The position numbers and the translations under genes are program-made. The notes below the pieces were generated by a model that saw only the letters and a program-made list of their open reading frames with translations, did not search any database and was not told the origin of the DNA. From NCBI RefSeq assembly GCF_009914755.1, contig NC_060941.1: DNA of 64,000 nucleotides. One strand, given 5' to 3'. Shown one piece after another: positions 40,721 through 55,175 of the stretch. This stretch comes from the human T2T-CHM13v2.0 reference genome, Homo sapiens. Every line of letters starts with the position of its first letter. Position 1 is the stretch's first letter.

Positions 40721-40927
40721 TGCCGACACTGACCACAAAGACCAAGAAGGTTCAGCACTTTACCCTGAGCAAGGTGAGGAGCCTTGGGAGGGATTGAGTA
40801 GAGTAGGCTGCAGCCTCATTTAGTTTTACTTTTTAACTTTTTATTGACTTGCATACAGAGAAGAGCACGAATCATAGGTGGACAGCTGATGAATTTCTGC
40901 AAACCAAACACACTCGGGTATAACTGA

Positions 40928-41485
<558 letters not shown>

Positions 41486-41638
41486 TCCTCTTCTTTTACT
41501 ATTTATGAGACCTATCTGTGCTGTGTGTGGCAGTGGTTTTTCATTATTGTGTAGTATTCTATTGTGTGCATATGCCACAGCTTATTTCTCCCTCCTACTT
41601 TTGATGAACACTTGGATTGTTTATAATCGGAGGATCTT

Positions 41639-41755
41639 CGGTGGCTTGCGCCTGTATTCCCAGCACTTTGGGAGGCTGAGACGGGAGGAGAGTTTGAGAC
41701 CAGCCCAGGCAACATAGCAAGACCTCATCTCTCAAACATTTTTTTGAAAACTAAA
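41639..41755 (+). mobile_element. FLAM / Alu left monomer
   Basis: Left-arm-only Alu flanked by ataatcggaggatctt and atagttggaggatctt (TSD). Confidence 0.85.
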
Positions 41756-44700
41756 ATAGTTGGAGGATCTTGTGAATATACCTGCCGTGAACATTCTCCA
41801 ACACATTGTTTGGTTCCTGTATGTGGAGTTCCCATTCAATGTGTGCCTTGGAAGTGGAACTGCCATGGTCTCATTTGCATTTAAGAAGCCTCTACTGGAC
41901 ACACAGAAGAGACCGAGGTACAGTCCAGGCAGGAGGTGGAGGGGAAGGTATGTGGGCCCAGCCCTAGGGCTCCTCCACCTCAGAATCCAGAAACATCCCC
42001 AGCGTGGACTTGTCTTCCAGGCGACTTGGGGGTCTGTATTGTACACACAAGATGAAAATCGTGTAAAGCAAGGCCCAGACACATGAGGCTGAGTGTGCAG
42101 CCCCAAACGGCAAGACGTAGGCCTTACTGTGTGAGTCACACGGTGGTGTTATAGCACATTCTAGTACACAGGCAAGAATAGTTGTATAATATTTGAATGC
42201 ACTGAACTCACTTCCACCAGGTACACGTGTGAGGAATCTCCCTGCAAGTCACCCGTTTCACAAGAGGGAAGACGGCCCATCTTTTAAGTCAGGGGAGGGG
42301 ACCACTTGCCCTGGGGCCTCGGGCTGGGGTTCAGCCTGCCTCTGTTCCCCACTCTTGGACACACAGGATGAAGGGCCCCAGTGCTGATCGCTCACAGGGG
42401 TGGTAAGACTTACCCTGTTACCCTCTTGGGGTGTGGCATTTCTTAGAAGCCAAGCATGGGTAATCCTTTGCCTGGAATGAAGCCAGGAGAATGGTGGGGC
42501 TTCAGGCTCTGGTTCTAGAAGACAGGGCTTCTTGGGAGCTGCCCCTGGAGCCTCCCAGCCTGAGCGGTAGGTGCTGGAGCTGGTGCCTTTGAACTTGGAT
42601 TCATCACAGGGAAGACCTGGGGTCCAGGCCTGGTTCCGAGGTGCCCAGGCCAGCCCCTGAGCAGCCAGGCGGCCTTCTTGTGAACTCACATTGTAGTGTC
42701 CCGTGCAGCTGTCCTGGTCCTGCAGGATGCATTCCCCACCCCCAAGCCCTTAAGGGCTGTTGGGTTTTGTTTTTAAGAAACATATGGCCTAGTTGTTACT
42801 TTGGCTGGCCTCCCCAAGCCTCATGTCTCTGAGACCCCCACTCCTAAGGAAGGGGGCCAGGCATTGATGGGGGTGTCTGGGAAGCCGAGGGAGGATGCCT
42901 GCCAGTTATGAGAAAGATGCATCTTTGTCGCAGACACATGTGGGGCGCTCTATGTAAATTGTTTCAGCGCCTAACAGGAAGAAGAAAAATGAGGCTTTGA
43001 TGCGAGCCACCACCTCTCAGCCAGGCGTGGTGTCACTCAGGCGCGTCCGAGGCCTGCTTCTATTAAGGAGCTGTAAGCTCTTCTCAGGCCAGAGACCCAG
43101 GGTGCTCTCTGGGCAGGAGGTGGCTCTGCTCTGTCTGCCGAACTCTGGGCGTCAGCACTGGGGCGTGCTGGGGCCTCAACCCAGCCCCACCTCCAAGGCA
43201 GGCGGAGAGCACTGCTGATGGATTCCCCAGCACTGCACTGTGCGAGGCCCAGGGCGGGGACCCCAGCAGGCAGCGTGGTAGGGTTTGCTGGGGATGACAG
43301 GCAGGCGCACAGGCGGCGGCACTGTTAGGCCCCATGTGATGGCCACAGCCTGGCACAGGAATCGGTGCTCCAGGCAGCAGACAGCAAAGGTGTGGAGGCA
43401 GGAAAGGAGCCACTGTCTCTGAGGCCTGGGAGAGCACTGCGGGTGCTGGAGATAGATGGTGGCAGGGGCCAGCTCAGGGGAGGGCAGGAATCTGGTCTTG
43501 TGGCTTTGGAAGCCCATGGGTTGCGAGCAGGAGAGGGTGGGGTGGTGTGAGTCTGAGGGAGGTCTCAGATGGGAGGGGAGGGCGGAGTGGGGCAGGGACC
43601 AGTGAGGGCCAGAGTGGAGACTGGGCAGGAGGGCATAGCACACACATGGACATGCTTCCCAATGAGCCCTGGCCCAGTCAACTCCCAGCTCCAGGAACCC
43701 CCCACAGCCCTTTGCTGGGGTGCACACCGTCCAGAGCACTGACTTCCCCAACGAGCCAGGTGGAAATGTCCCAGGGAGGACCCCGGGGCCTGAGGAGCCT
43801 ACTGAATCCTCAACAAAGAAGGGAAGAGAGGCCTAGGCCACAGCAGGCCCAGAATTATTGTGTTATGCTCTGGATCTTGGGGAATGTGTAATCCCCACAC
43901 CGTATCTATGGCAACTCTCCATTAACCAGAATTTGGTTCTACAAATTCCTGTTCCCATTCATTCTAGAAAACTCAGAGCTGTTGGTCTTTTTAAAAAAAC
44001 TCGCTGAAAAAAAAAAAAAGATACTAAAGAATGTAAAGAAGAAAATGAAGTCAGCTCCAGCCCCTCTGCTGAGAACACACTGATGTTAGTACTTTCGTGC
44101 ATTTCCACCCAGTTTGTTTAAGAAAATTGGGATTGTGTTGAATGCCTGCTTTTGCATCCTGCCTTTTCCATTGTGCTTCAGATCATGAGCATTTGGCAGG
44201 TCAGAAAAAAAATGTCTTTGGAAGCTGGGCTGTGGGGACTGGGGTTTGGAAGGCTTGCTGTGTGCTGTGATCCTTCAGGGGTCATCGCCCTCCCTAAGCC
44301 TCAGCCTTTGCCTCTCTGCAGGGAGAGACTGAAGGACATTTCTCAGGCTCCCGCCAAGAGTCTCAGTGTTTTCCTTGCAATGGTGGCCTTGTTATTCCAG
44401 CCTTGCTACTCACAGGTGGGCCTGGTGATGTTTGTGGCAGGGTGGGCACAGGGCTGGCACTGCCACCAAGTACGTAGTTGAGCCGGTAAGCTCAGAAACG
44501 TGGGCTCACTCCAGCCTTGAGCACTTTCCCATCTCGTGATCCTGGGCAAATGACTTTGCCTCTCTGAACCCCTATCTCTTAAGCTCCAGAACCGGGTGGT
44601 TGTGATGGTTCATTGGCTTAATGTAAGTGGAACTCTTAGCATATAATAAGTGCTCAGTAAAGAGGAACTGTTGCTACCCTGAGGATTGCTGGTATCTGTG

Positions 44701-44812
44701 ATGTCACAGGTGTAATATGAGGATTAAATCATGACCTTCTTGCAGCATTCAGCAGAATGCCTGGGACGTAGGGGACACTGTCAGGGGGTGGCACCTGGTC
44801 CCATGGTCTAGC

Positions 44813-44988
44813 CAGGACTATCTTTGTGGCCCTTAACTTGTGCAGCTGCCCAGGGCTGGCGCTCAGAAATGGCCTGTGCTTGGTGCATGCTGCTCTGCTG
44901 TTGCTATCTTGAGTTTTTATTACTTTGTGAGCAAGAGGCCCTACATTTTCATTTTGCACTGAGCCCCACAAATTCTGAGGCCACTCTT
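44813..44988. mobile_element. MER45A-like hAT MITE
   Basis: gctcagaaatggcctgtgcttgg...cattttcattttgcactgagccccacaaatt. Confidence 0.75.
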
Positions 44989-46399
44989 AACAAGAGGATT
45001 AATCCCTAGGGCAGACTGGCAGGGCACCCCACACATCCACGGTGCTCAATAGCTATTTGGAGGGTGAAGGCAGGACTGAATGGGCCTTGGTTCAGAGGAG
45101 AACAGTACCCCAGCGAGGCCAGGTGGCTTGCCCAGTTTACACGCCAGACATAGGGCCAGGCAGTGCTCTGACCATCACGTGAGGGGCTGTCAGGGCGACG
45201 GTGTGTCTGTCAAGGGCAGGAAGTGGGCTGTGTGGAGTGCCAGCCAGGATGGGCAGGGTAGCCTGCGCCCTGCTGACCTGCAGCCAGACACACTGGGGAG
45301 ACACAAGACGACTCAGGTTGGAATCGATTGAAACCAAGCCAAGAGCTTGGGCCTTGGAGTGCATGGGAGGGGGAGGAGGTTCAGACCCAAGGTGGCGGCT
45401 GCGGCTGGTGTTAGCACTTCTTCCCGGCAGGGTGGGCAGGGCCCCATTAGGGGAGGCAGGCCTGGATGCCCCCCAGCACCCTTTCATGAGGGGGAGAGAG
45501 GAGAGGAGCAAGGCCCAGGCCACCTGGTATTCAGAAGGCTGAAGTGACAGTGTCAGGCAGTTTGGGGGGCAGATGAAGCCGTGGCAAAGGGTGGCCAGGA
45601 GGCCAGAGCAGCACTCACAGATGAGGTGGGATTGGGGCCACCTGCATGTGTGGGGAAGGAGCCCCCAGGACTCGGTGTGTGGGCCTCTGGCTGACAAAGG
45701 CCACTCTGCAGAAAGGAAATTAGAAAGAAGAAATGATTTCTTGGCTCATGTCTTCACGAACAAGGGAGAAAGTTGCTGGCGTGGTCTCCTCACAGAAGAG
45801 CCAGGGTATCTGAGGGGAGCCCTTTCTCTGCCAGCTGGGTCACCCTCAGGGCTGGAGGTGCTGGATGCCAGAGTAGAAGTGGATGGATGGGGGTGTCCCC
45901 CCAAAAGGAGAGGGAGACAAGGTGAGGCTGTGCCTTTTAAGCCTTCTGCGCAGGCCTCCTTGGGACAGCCCGGGTCGGATCTCAGACTGCAGCATGTGGG
46001 GCTGGGAGCCAGCTCCCCCGAGGCACGGGGGCTCAAGAGGTCTGAGCAGCATGCTGAGGTCAGGGCTGGAGGAGCAGAAAGTAGTAGGGAGCCACTGATG
46101 GCGTCATAATGAAGGAGCGACATGACAAGCTTGTGAGGGGCCACACAGGGCAGAGGCTAGGGACGAGGAGATCCCGCTGGCAGCTGGGCATGGAATTTCT
46201 GGTGGGTAGTGAAACAGCCAGACCTAGGACCTGTGGCAGTGAGGATGGGGAGGGGGCCAGATGGGCACACTTCAGGCAGGGGAACCCCAGGACTTGGGGG
46301 CCTCCTCAGAGAGGCCTTACAGAAGGACTGGGGCAGCAAGCAAGGCCTGTGGGGCGAGGAGGCCTAAGGACACCATGGATGCACTGGAGCCAAGCCATT

Positions 46400-46789
46400 A
46401 AGGACCCTGCACCCCGGCCAGAGGCCTCACTCAGGATGGCTGCAGTGGAGACTGAAGAGATGGGTCGGGTGGAGGGAAATGGGCTTTGCCCTCAGGAGGT
46501 GGTTGTGGGAGGAGATGCGGTCACCCGGGAAGAGAGGCCAGAGGATGGGACCGAGGAGCAGCGACACGGGAGGACGGCAGGGCGGGTGAGCGGGGGGGCC
46601 CTGCCCAGGGTGACAGGGCTTTGCTGGGCCCTCCAGGACCCTAGGCAGGGTCTCCCCTGGAACCAGGCGGTACAAGGCCTGTGATGGGAGGGGCGGGAGG
46701 ATGAGGGATTGCTGGCAGGAGGGCCTGGGACCAGAAGTCTCCACTGCAGCCATCCTGAGTGAGGCCTCTGGCCGGGGTGCAGGATCCTT
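46400..46789. repeat. 54-bp inverted repeat (46400-46453 / 46736-46789) with 282-bp spacer
   Basis: 53/54 identity. The peptide KDPAPRPEASLRMAAVET appears in ORFs on both strands. Confidence 0.96.
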
Positions 46790-47857
46790 GTCTACCTGCG
46801 GGGTAGGGAGACAGCCTGTCTCCCAAAGGGCGGTGGGGTGGCTGAGCCTCAAGGACAAAGGCAGGCGGGGGCAGGGGAAGGAGCCTGTGGCTGGGAGCTT
46901 AATGGCCCCGAAAAAAAAACATAAAACCAGAGAATTATGGGGAGACATAAACAGAGCTGTCAGGCATTAGCTGCAGGGAGACGGCTCAGCCTGGGTAAGA
47001 GATGCTGGCGGCTGAGCTGGGATCCTTGCGTGTGCATAAAAAAGACAGAAGTTATAAAAGGAGGGAGATTAAGAAGATACTGCCTCTTCCATGATTGGGC
47101 TCCCCGGCCAATTCCTTTCTCACGCCCCGGCTGAGGCCCCAGTCGCACACTGACCCTAGGGGCCTGGCCTGCGAGGCCTGGCCAGGTCAGGGGCCAGGGC
47201 CTGCCAGCGGCCAGGGAGGTCCATGGGGGTGGGTGGGGGTGGGTAGCGACTTGGCCCAAGCTAGTGGAGGGGCCGGGGAGCCAGGCCCAAGGACGCAGGC
47301 GGCGCCAGCCCCAGCAATTTATGGGTGCTCACACACCCTGCCGTCTTCATTTTCCCCGTTGCTGCTGCTGTCATTAGCCAAGCACTAATGGGCTTAAATT
47401 TCACCTTAAACCATCCCCACTGTCCTCAGCAGATGACAAACGCCCTACTCTCGCCGGCTGCAAAGCTGCTGGGCGGCCTCCAAGCAGGCATGTGCCCTCC
47501 CTCTGCCCGTGTCCTCTGGCCCTCAATAAGGAGGCTCCTAAGGACCCAGGGCCTGGGATACTCACAGGCCGGGAGAATTCCTGGGGGTGTCTGGGAGCCC
47601 AAGGAAGGGCAGGGCTCAGGAAAGGGGGCTTCAGGGGGATCTTTGGAGACCCTGGGATGATAATGGATGGGGAGACAGGAGCCCAGGGTCCAGGGGCACC
47701 CCACTGTTTGGCCTTGGCAGGGCCATGCCCCTGACCCTGCCCAGGTGTCATGAAGAAGGGCCCTAGGAGCTACCCGCCATGTTTTTAAAAGCCTTAGGGA
47801 AATCATATTTTGCTTAGGCTAACAAAAATAGCAGTGGCTTTGCTTGGGGTTAGAATT

Positions 47858-47883
47858 CCATCCATCCATCCATCCATCCATCA
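47858..47883. repeat. (CCAT)n microsatellite
   Basis: ccatccatccatccatccatccatc. Confidence 0.9.
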
Positions 47884-48809
47884 AATTCGTTCACTCATTC
47901 ATTCAGCAAATGTGGCCCATGAGCCCCTGGCCTGAGCAGGTCCATGAAAGGCCCGACTAGCTGTTCATTTGAGGCCCATGAGAGGGAACAAGTGGGTGAT
48001 CTCTAAATGCAGTTCGTTTGGGAGACAAAATCCTTTAGCAGTGGCTCTGAGGATGGGAGGGGAAGTGACCAAGGGGCTCTAGAGGCTGTGGGGACAGAGT
48101 GCATCAACCTGGGGTGCATCCAGTCCATGAGGCGGGTGTTTGCCCGAAAAGGAGACAGGAATAGAGATGGAGCTATGGCAGAGATGCAGGGATTGCTGGG
48201 GGCTCCCTGCTCATGTGTGCACATAGCCATGGCCACCGCCTCCCGCCTTTGTTTCCCAGCAAGGGGCAGGTGCCCGAGGAGCTGCTGGGGTTGATCCACC
48301 ATCAAAGCCGGCCTGTCGGGGGCTGGTATGCAGAGTCATCCCTTTCCCATGGGAATCTCGCTCCCTTCCAAGCCCCCAGCACCCGCCTTTCATCCCTGTG
48401 CTGAGAGCCAGTACTCCCACTGACACCCAAACAGTGATGCCAAGGAGGCACTGCCAGAGGGAGGCCACCACCATACAGGCCTGGAATGTCACACTCTCTG
48501 TCCCCACCACCCCCCACCTGCAGTGAGCCTAGGGGAAAGAACAGGCTGGCACAGGCATTAACTGGAGATGGAGGGTGGTGCATGGCTCTGGGCCACCATG
48601 CTGTGTGTCCCCTTGTCCTCTCTGGGCCTCAGACATGCAATCTGTCACCTAAGGGTATTGACCCTGCCAGGCTCTGGCACACCAGGAAATGTAAGCCAGA
48701 CTCAAGGGTTGGCAATATGTACGGGAGGTTGGGTGAGGCATCTTCTCCAGTCCAGGAGGAAGGGATTCCTAACTGGTGCTTAGGACCATGGACTTTGGAG
48801 AAATCTATT

Positions 48810-49470
48810 CCTCCCCACCAGTATCTAGAATTGGCTGTGGAGTCCTGCCAATGCTCTGTTCCTGACATTTCTAGAATTTCTCCCTGCATTTCCAGCCCCT
48901 GCCACCACTTTGGTCTGGCCCCATTATTGCTCTCTGGGGGACAGTCCCAGCTTCCTGTTCACTGGCCTCCTGGCCTCCCCTCTCACCCCCATCACCAATC
49001 CATCCTGCCTCACTGCAGCCACTGCAGACTCCCCAACACACATGTGTGATGCTCACTGTTGCTCACTCTCTGGGGCTCCCCGTGGCCCTCACCACAACAT
49101 CTGTGCTCTCCACTGTGGCCCAGAGGGCCACACACCACGTGGACCCTGCCCATCTCTCATTTCTTGCCTCTCACTTCCACTCGAGAGCCAGCCTGCATTC
49201 TCACTACTATCTCTCACTCTCTCCTGCCTTCCAGGCTTTTCCTCTTTCCCTTGCTAACTCCGGCACATCCCCTAGGTCTCAGGTGAAGTGTCACTCCCCT
49301 GGGAAGCCCCTCTGCCCTCCTGTTCCCACTCAGGTATGACGTAGGGCCCTTTCCCATGCGCTGGCACTTACTTGCCTTCTCCACGAGGCTCTGAGCCCAC
49401 AGCTGTCTCTGGGTGCTCAGTCTCTAGCAGGTGTATGGCATACAGTAAGCACTTAGTAACTGCTTCTGAG
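48810..49470 (+). mobile_element. L2 fragment
   Basis: ccaatccatcctgc...aggtctcaggtgaagtgtcactcccctgggaagccc...tggcatacagtaagcacttagtaac. Confidence 0.7.
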
Positions 49471-49471
49471 A

Positions 49472-49745
49472 TGGACAGATGGGTATGTGCAAGGGTGGAT
49501 GGGCAGGTGGGTATGTGTGCATGGATGCATGGATAGAAAGAAGGTAGGCTGGTGAGTGGATGGATGGGTGGGTGATTGTGAGGTATACAGGTGAGTGAGT
49601 GGATGGGTGGATGGATAGATGGGTGTGTGTGCATGGATGCATGGATAGACTGATGGGTGGGTGGGTGGGTGGATGGATGGATGGATGGATGGGTGGGTGG
49701 GTAGGTGAATAATAGATGGGTGGACTGTTGTGTGGGTGGATGGAG
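49472..49745. repeat. (TGGA)n/(TGGG)n-rich simple repeat
   Basis: ggatggatggatgg and gggtgggtgggt runs at the L2 tail. Confidence 0.9.
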
Positions 49746-50464
49746 AGGCCAGGTGGTCTATGAGGTGAGTCCAGAGGCATTAGAAAATGGAGTTCTAAGC
49801 CTTTGGCTTTCCATGGGCCCCAATTTCTCTGTCTGTAAAATGGTCAGCTCAGCTCCTGTGCCCAGCGTGGAGGCTCAGGATGAGCTGGAGAGAAGGTGGA
49901 GGCTTCAGCAGGCAGCACATCAGGCGCTCCACAGACAGTGCATGGGACAGAACAAGGTTGCTTGGCGTCCCTGCAGCCCAAGGGCTCCCTTCTTCAGGGG
50001 GACACCGATGCCCTCCTCCATCCCTGCTTGCTCCCAGGATCCTTGCCCAGGTAGCAGACTGGGAACCAGACCCATAGAGTTCAAATCTAAACGTTGCTGC
50101 TCACCAGGAAATTCCCTTTGCCTCCTAGGCCTTAATGGCACATCTATAAAATGGGGGTGCTCGTGTATTCATGTTCTTTGCAGTTTCTCTGGGGATCAAA
50201 ACAATGTGACGAAGGGAGGCAGAGAGAAAAAATGCAATGTGACAGGGAAGATGGCACCTCTCCTGATGCCCAGCACACAGAGGGTACCCAGGAAATATGG
50301 GGCTTAGAATCTCAACACCTGAAAGAGCAGCTTCTGCTGCAGCCCCTGCCACAGGCGCCACACTGGCCACAGTGCTCCCTCCTAGCCCTTCTTCCCCTGG
50401 CCAAAGCTACCTCTGGAAACTGAGTTCGAAGTTTCCAAACCTTATCCCAGACCCCATAGCCATG

Positions 50465-50600
50465 AGTTATAATAGGCACATAATTAATAATCACGTAATT
50501 ATAATGTCTATATTATTTATAATTTGTATATTTATATATAATTTATTTAACTGCATCTATAATCTATAATTTAAAATTACATCAGGTAAGTAATTACTTA
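50465..50600. repeat. AT-rich low-complexity tract
   Basis: tatattatttataatttgtatatttatatataatttatttaa. Confidence 0.8.
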
Positions 50601-51729
50601 CCTACTATAGTGCTTCTGCCACTTACAAGCTGTGTGACTTTGGATAAGTGCCCTAACCTCTCTGTGCCTCTGCTGCCTCCTCTATGAGTTAAAATGTGTA
50701 GACTGCTTCTCAGAACAGGGCCCAACACATGTCTGGTAGGTGTGGGAATTAGCCCCGAGGATGCTGATGACAAAGCATTTCTGTATCTGTTTTGCTCATG
50801 GGTTCTTTGCTCAACCCTGCAAGGTGGGCATTTAATCACTATCCCTATTTTATGGGTGAGGAAGCGGAAGCCCAGCAAGTTGGGGTGACTCACCTGAGGT
50901 CACACAGCGAGTCAGCAGTGGGCGTCAGGTACTCGGTGTTCTTTCCAAAGACTCCTGAGGCCCTGGTCTGGAAAAAGCCAGCTCTGGACCAGGCCGGAAC
51001 ACAGGGGCCTTTCTGAACCTTCCTTTCAGGGGCCTGGGGCCGCAGGGGCCTCCGGCCCGTCAGCCAAGTCTTTTCCTCCCAACATGCCAGCCAGGGAACA
51101 CAGACAGCCGGACCCCGCTCTGGCCACTGCCCCGCCAGGCCCCTGTGCCAGGACAGCGTGTCCGCCCACCCGGGCAGTGACCAGCTGTTCCTGAGGCTGT
51201 GGGCTGGAGCCAGGTTTCTGTCACTTCAAGGAGCTCCTGTCTTCCCGGCCGCACCTCCACAGCCAGCAAGGACCAGTCAGGGATTTTCCTGAACTTTCCC
51301 TCTGTTATAAAAGAGTATATAAACATTTACCTTTTAAAAGTAACAGCTAACTTAGTTGCGCCCTCCTCTGCCCAGCATTGGTCTGGCAGCTGCATGTACG
51401 TTGTCTCCTGGCATCTGCGCACCATCGTCTGAGGTGCATAATCTTGTGCCTGTTTGCAGATGAGGAAACTGAGGCACAGGGAACTTGAGTTGCCTGCCCA
51501 AGCCCCCACAGCAAGGCAGTGTCTGGGTGGGGATTTGGACCTAGACAGGGAGCCTCCCTACCAATCAGGCCTTCAGGGCAGAGTCTTGGGGCCCAGAAAA
51601 GCCCAGCCCAGCTTCTGGTTTTAAATTTTATAACGTGTTCCTTTGTTCAGATGATTGAAGGAAAGCATATTGCAGGTAGAAATAGAATGAAAACATTGTA
51701 ACACATGAAACCAGGAGTGCCTTTGTGTG

Positions 51730-52520
<791 letters not shown>

Positions 52521-52974
52521 TACCTGGCCCTGGCAGCAGCAGGTCCCCACACAGCTTAGCGCTTGAGCCAGTCCTGGCTGCTGCGTCCCCCAAAGCTGTG
52601 TACCCACTGAGGAGGACGCAGCCTGTACAGGAATTCAGGTTTGGTTCTCCTTCCCCTCTTGGGGGCTGTTTCCTCATCCGTAAAATGGGAGGCTGATCCC
52701 TATCTTGCGCATTGCAGGACGCAGGGGAGCTGACTCCTCTTGGCAGCTGGGTCTTGTCCCATCCTACTGAGGGGGAAACTGAGGTCAACCCACCAGCCTA
52801 GAGTCAAACAGCTGGAAAGTGGCAGTGCCAGATTTGAGCCTGAAACCAGGTTATTTTTTCAGTCACCTTGCCTAGCCATTCATAGAAGTTTTTAAATCTT
52901 TTAGGAGTTATCACATGCTCATGGTAGAAAAATTCAAATGCAATTTCCTTTTTATACAAATGTTTTGTACACAC

Positions 52975-53250
52975 TTTTTTTTTTGAGACAAAGTCTCACT
53001 CTGTTGCCCAGGCTGGAGTCCAGTGGCGCGATCTCAGCTTACTGCAGCCTCCACCTCCTGAGTTCCAGCGATTCTTGTGCCTCAGCCTCCTGAGTAGCTG
53101 GGATTACAGGTGTGTATCACCATGCCCAGTTAATTTTTGTATTTTTATACAGATGGAGTTCCACCATGTTGGCCATCCTGGCCTCAAGTGATCATCCCAC
53201 CTTGGCCTCCCAAAGTGCTGGGATTATAGGCATGAGCCACCGTGCCTGGC
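52975..53250 (-). mobile_element. Alu (S/Jb-like, left-arm deletion) inserted in the tail of the next Alu
   Basis: Antisense Alu flanked by cactttttt at 52972 and 53252. Confidence 0.9.
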
Positions 53251-53254
53251 TCAC

Positions 53255-53558
53255 TTTTTTTTTTTTTTTTTTTTTTTTTTGAGAGAGGGTCTTGCTCTGT
53301 CGCCCAGACTGTGCAGTGGTGCAGTCACAGCTCACTGCAGCCTGACTTCATGGGCTCAAGCAATCCTCCTACCTCAGCTTCCCAAGTAGCTGGGACCGCA
53401 GGCAAACACCACCTCACCTGCCTAGTTCATTTTTTTTCTTGTAGAGGTAGGATCTCCCCATGTTACCCAGGCTGGTCTCAAACTCCTATGCTCAAGCAAT
53501 CCTCCTGCCTTAGCCTCCCAAAGTGCTGGCATTACAGTGTGAGCCACTGCACCCGGCC
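53255..53558 (-). mobile_element. AluJ
   Basis: J diagnostics; outer TSD tgtacacacttt at ~52966 and ~53560 brackets both Alus. Confidence 0.9.
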
Positions 53559-54949
53559 CTGTACACACTTTCTACACTGCACTTTTTTTCACCAACTTGA
53601 AGACTGCTCCAATTAATCCATGTGGTGCTTCCATTCTCTGAGTACTCAGCCAATAGAACCTCCCAGATGTATCTCCCTCATCCCCCTTGGATGGACAGCT
53701 AGGGGATCCCGTGTTTTGCTGCTGCAAAGGACATTGCAGTTGGTAGCCTTGTGCAGATGACTTCGGGCCCAGGTTAGAGGGCACATGTAATTTGCATTTG
53801 GGTCCATATTGCCAGAAAGCTCTCCAAAGAGGTAGTACCAGTTTACCCTCCCATCCCCAACTAGATTGGGCACCTCTTTCCCCATGCCCTCACCAGCTAG
53901 GCAGATGCTCTGTGCCAAGAAAACCAAACAGCTGCTTCCCTTACAAATACTCAAGGGCCTGGGCATGTGTGGGGGCCTGAGTCCAGCCTGCACCCGTTAC
54001 CAACTGCAAGATCTCAGGCAATAGGCTTCACCCCGTGGGGCTCAGTTTCCTCATCTGTAAAACAGTGGTGATTGGATTATGGTGAGAAGTTTGTAGATGC
54101 AAATGCCTAGGACAGTGCCTGGAACATCGAGGCCCCAGGTCAGAAGTGGCTGTTCTTACGAGTCTGCATGAGTCTTGTACCCCATGACTGCAGTCATGGG
54201 ATGGGGGCCCAGCCCCTAGGATGGATGCTCAGGCCTCAGACCTGTGTTTTGGGAAGGGATGAAGGGAAGGGAAGAGCAATGTGGGGAATTACCAAGGGGA
54301 AAGGGTGGGATTAGCTTATCCCAGCTTCCCACTGTGCCAGTGGGGAAACTGAGGCCCAGAGGGGCCCAGGCCTTGAAGTGATTGCAAGTTCAGCAGCATG
54401 AAACTGCTCTTTATCCGTGCACTGCTGTCAGGAACAAATGCTGAATGGAGAGTCCGGAGGGTTGCCCAGGCCACTGCAGGACCCAAGCTCTGAGACTGAG
54501 GGCTTGGGGACACAGAGCCAGAGCCTTGTCCTGAAATCCTGGAGGGTGCTCCTTGGACAGGACAAAACTTGTATTCTCTCTCTGAGCCCAGCCTCAGCAG
54601 AACCCAGAGTCTTCCAGGGCTGAGATCTTGCCGTACCAGCTGCGGTCACAGACCTGCCACACTGGCTTGACCTGGGAGTTCCTTACAGCTGCAGAACCCC
54701 TGTCCCACCTGACCCGCTGCATCAAAATCTGCGTCTCACCAGGATGTACACTTTAATGTTTGAGGAGCACTGAGACTCAGCCAGGATGATACTCTACCTG
54801 CCTGCAGGTACAGGCCGCTGCTCTATGGGCAGACCTCAACCCTCAGCCCCAGAATGTCCTCCCCAGCTCTGTCGCAGACATACGTGGCTCCCTGGGAGGC
54901 ATAGAAAGTACAAGACTTGGACCTGGCTCCCCATGAACTGGTGGCCCTG

Positions 54950-55175
54950 GAAGTTGCTACCTTTTATTGAGCCCCTGCCAGCTACCAAGCACATTATCCC
55001 ATTTCGTCCCACAACAGCACTGAAAGTTTGCTGTTTAATTTAGAGTATCTTGCAGCTTAGGCACACAAAGCACAGAGAGGTTAAGTAAACTGCCCAAGGT
55101 CACCCAGCATATACATATGCAGGAGCTGGGATATGAATCCAGAGCTGACCCCGGCACCAGAGTCTAGCCATTTAC
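54950..55175 (-). mobile_element. MIR
   Basis: gcacagagaggttaagtaaactgcccaaggtcacccagc. Confidence 0.8.

Noticed and set aside
46109-46948. 191-aa and 173-aa opposite-strand ORFs sharing an 18-aa peptide
   Set aside because: The shared peptide is simply the inverted repeat; there is no other coding evidence.
49705-50307. 200-aa + strand ORF
   Set aside because: GTG start inside a (TGGA)n repeat, crosses MIR-like sequence, no domain.
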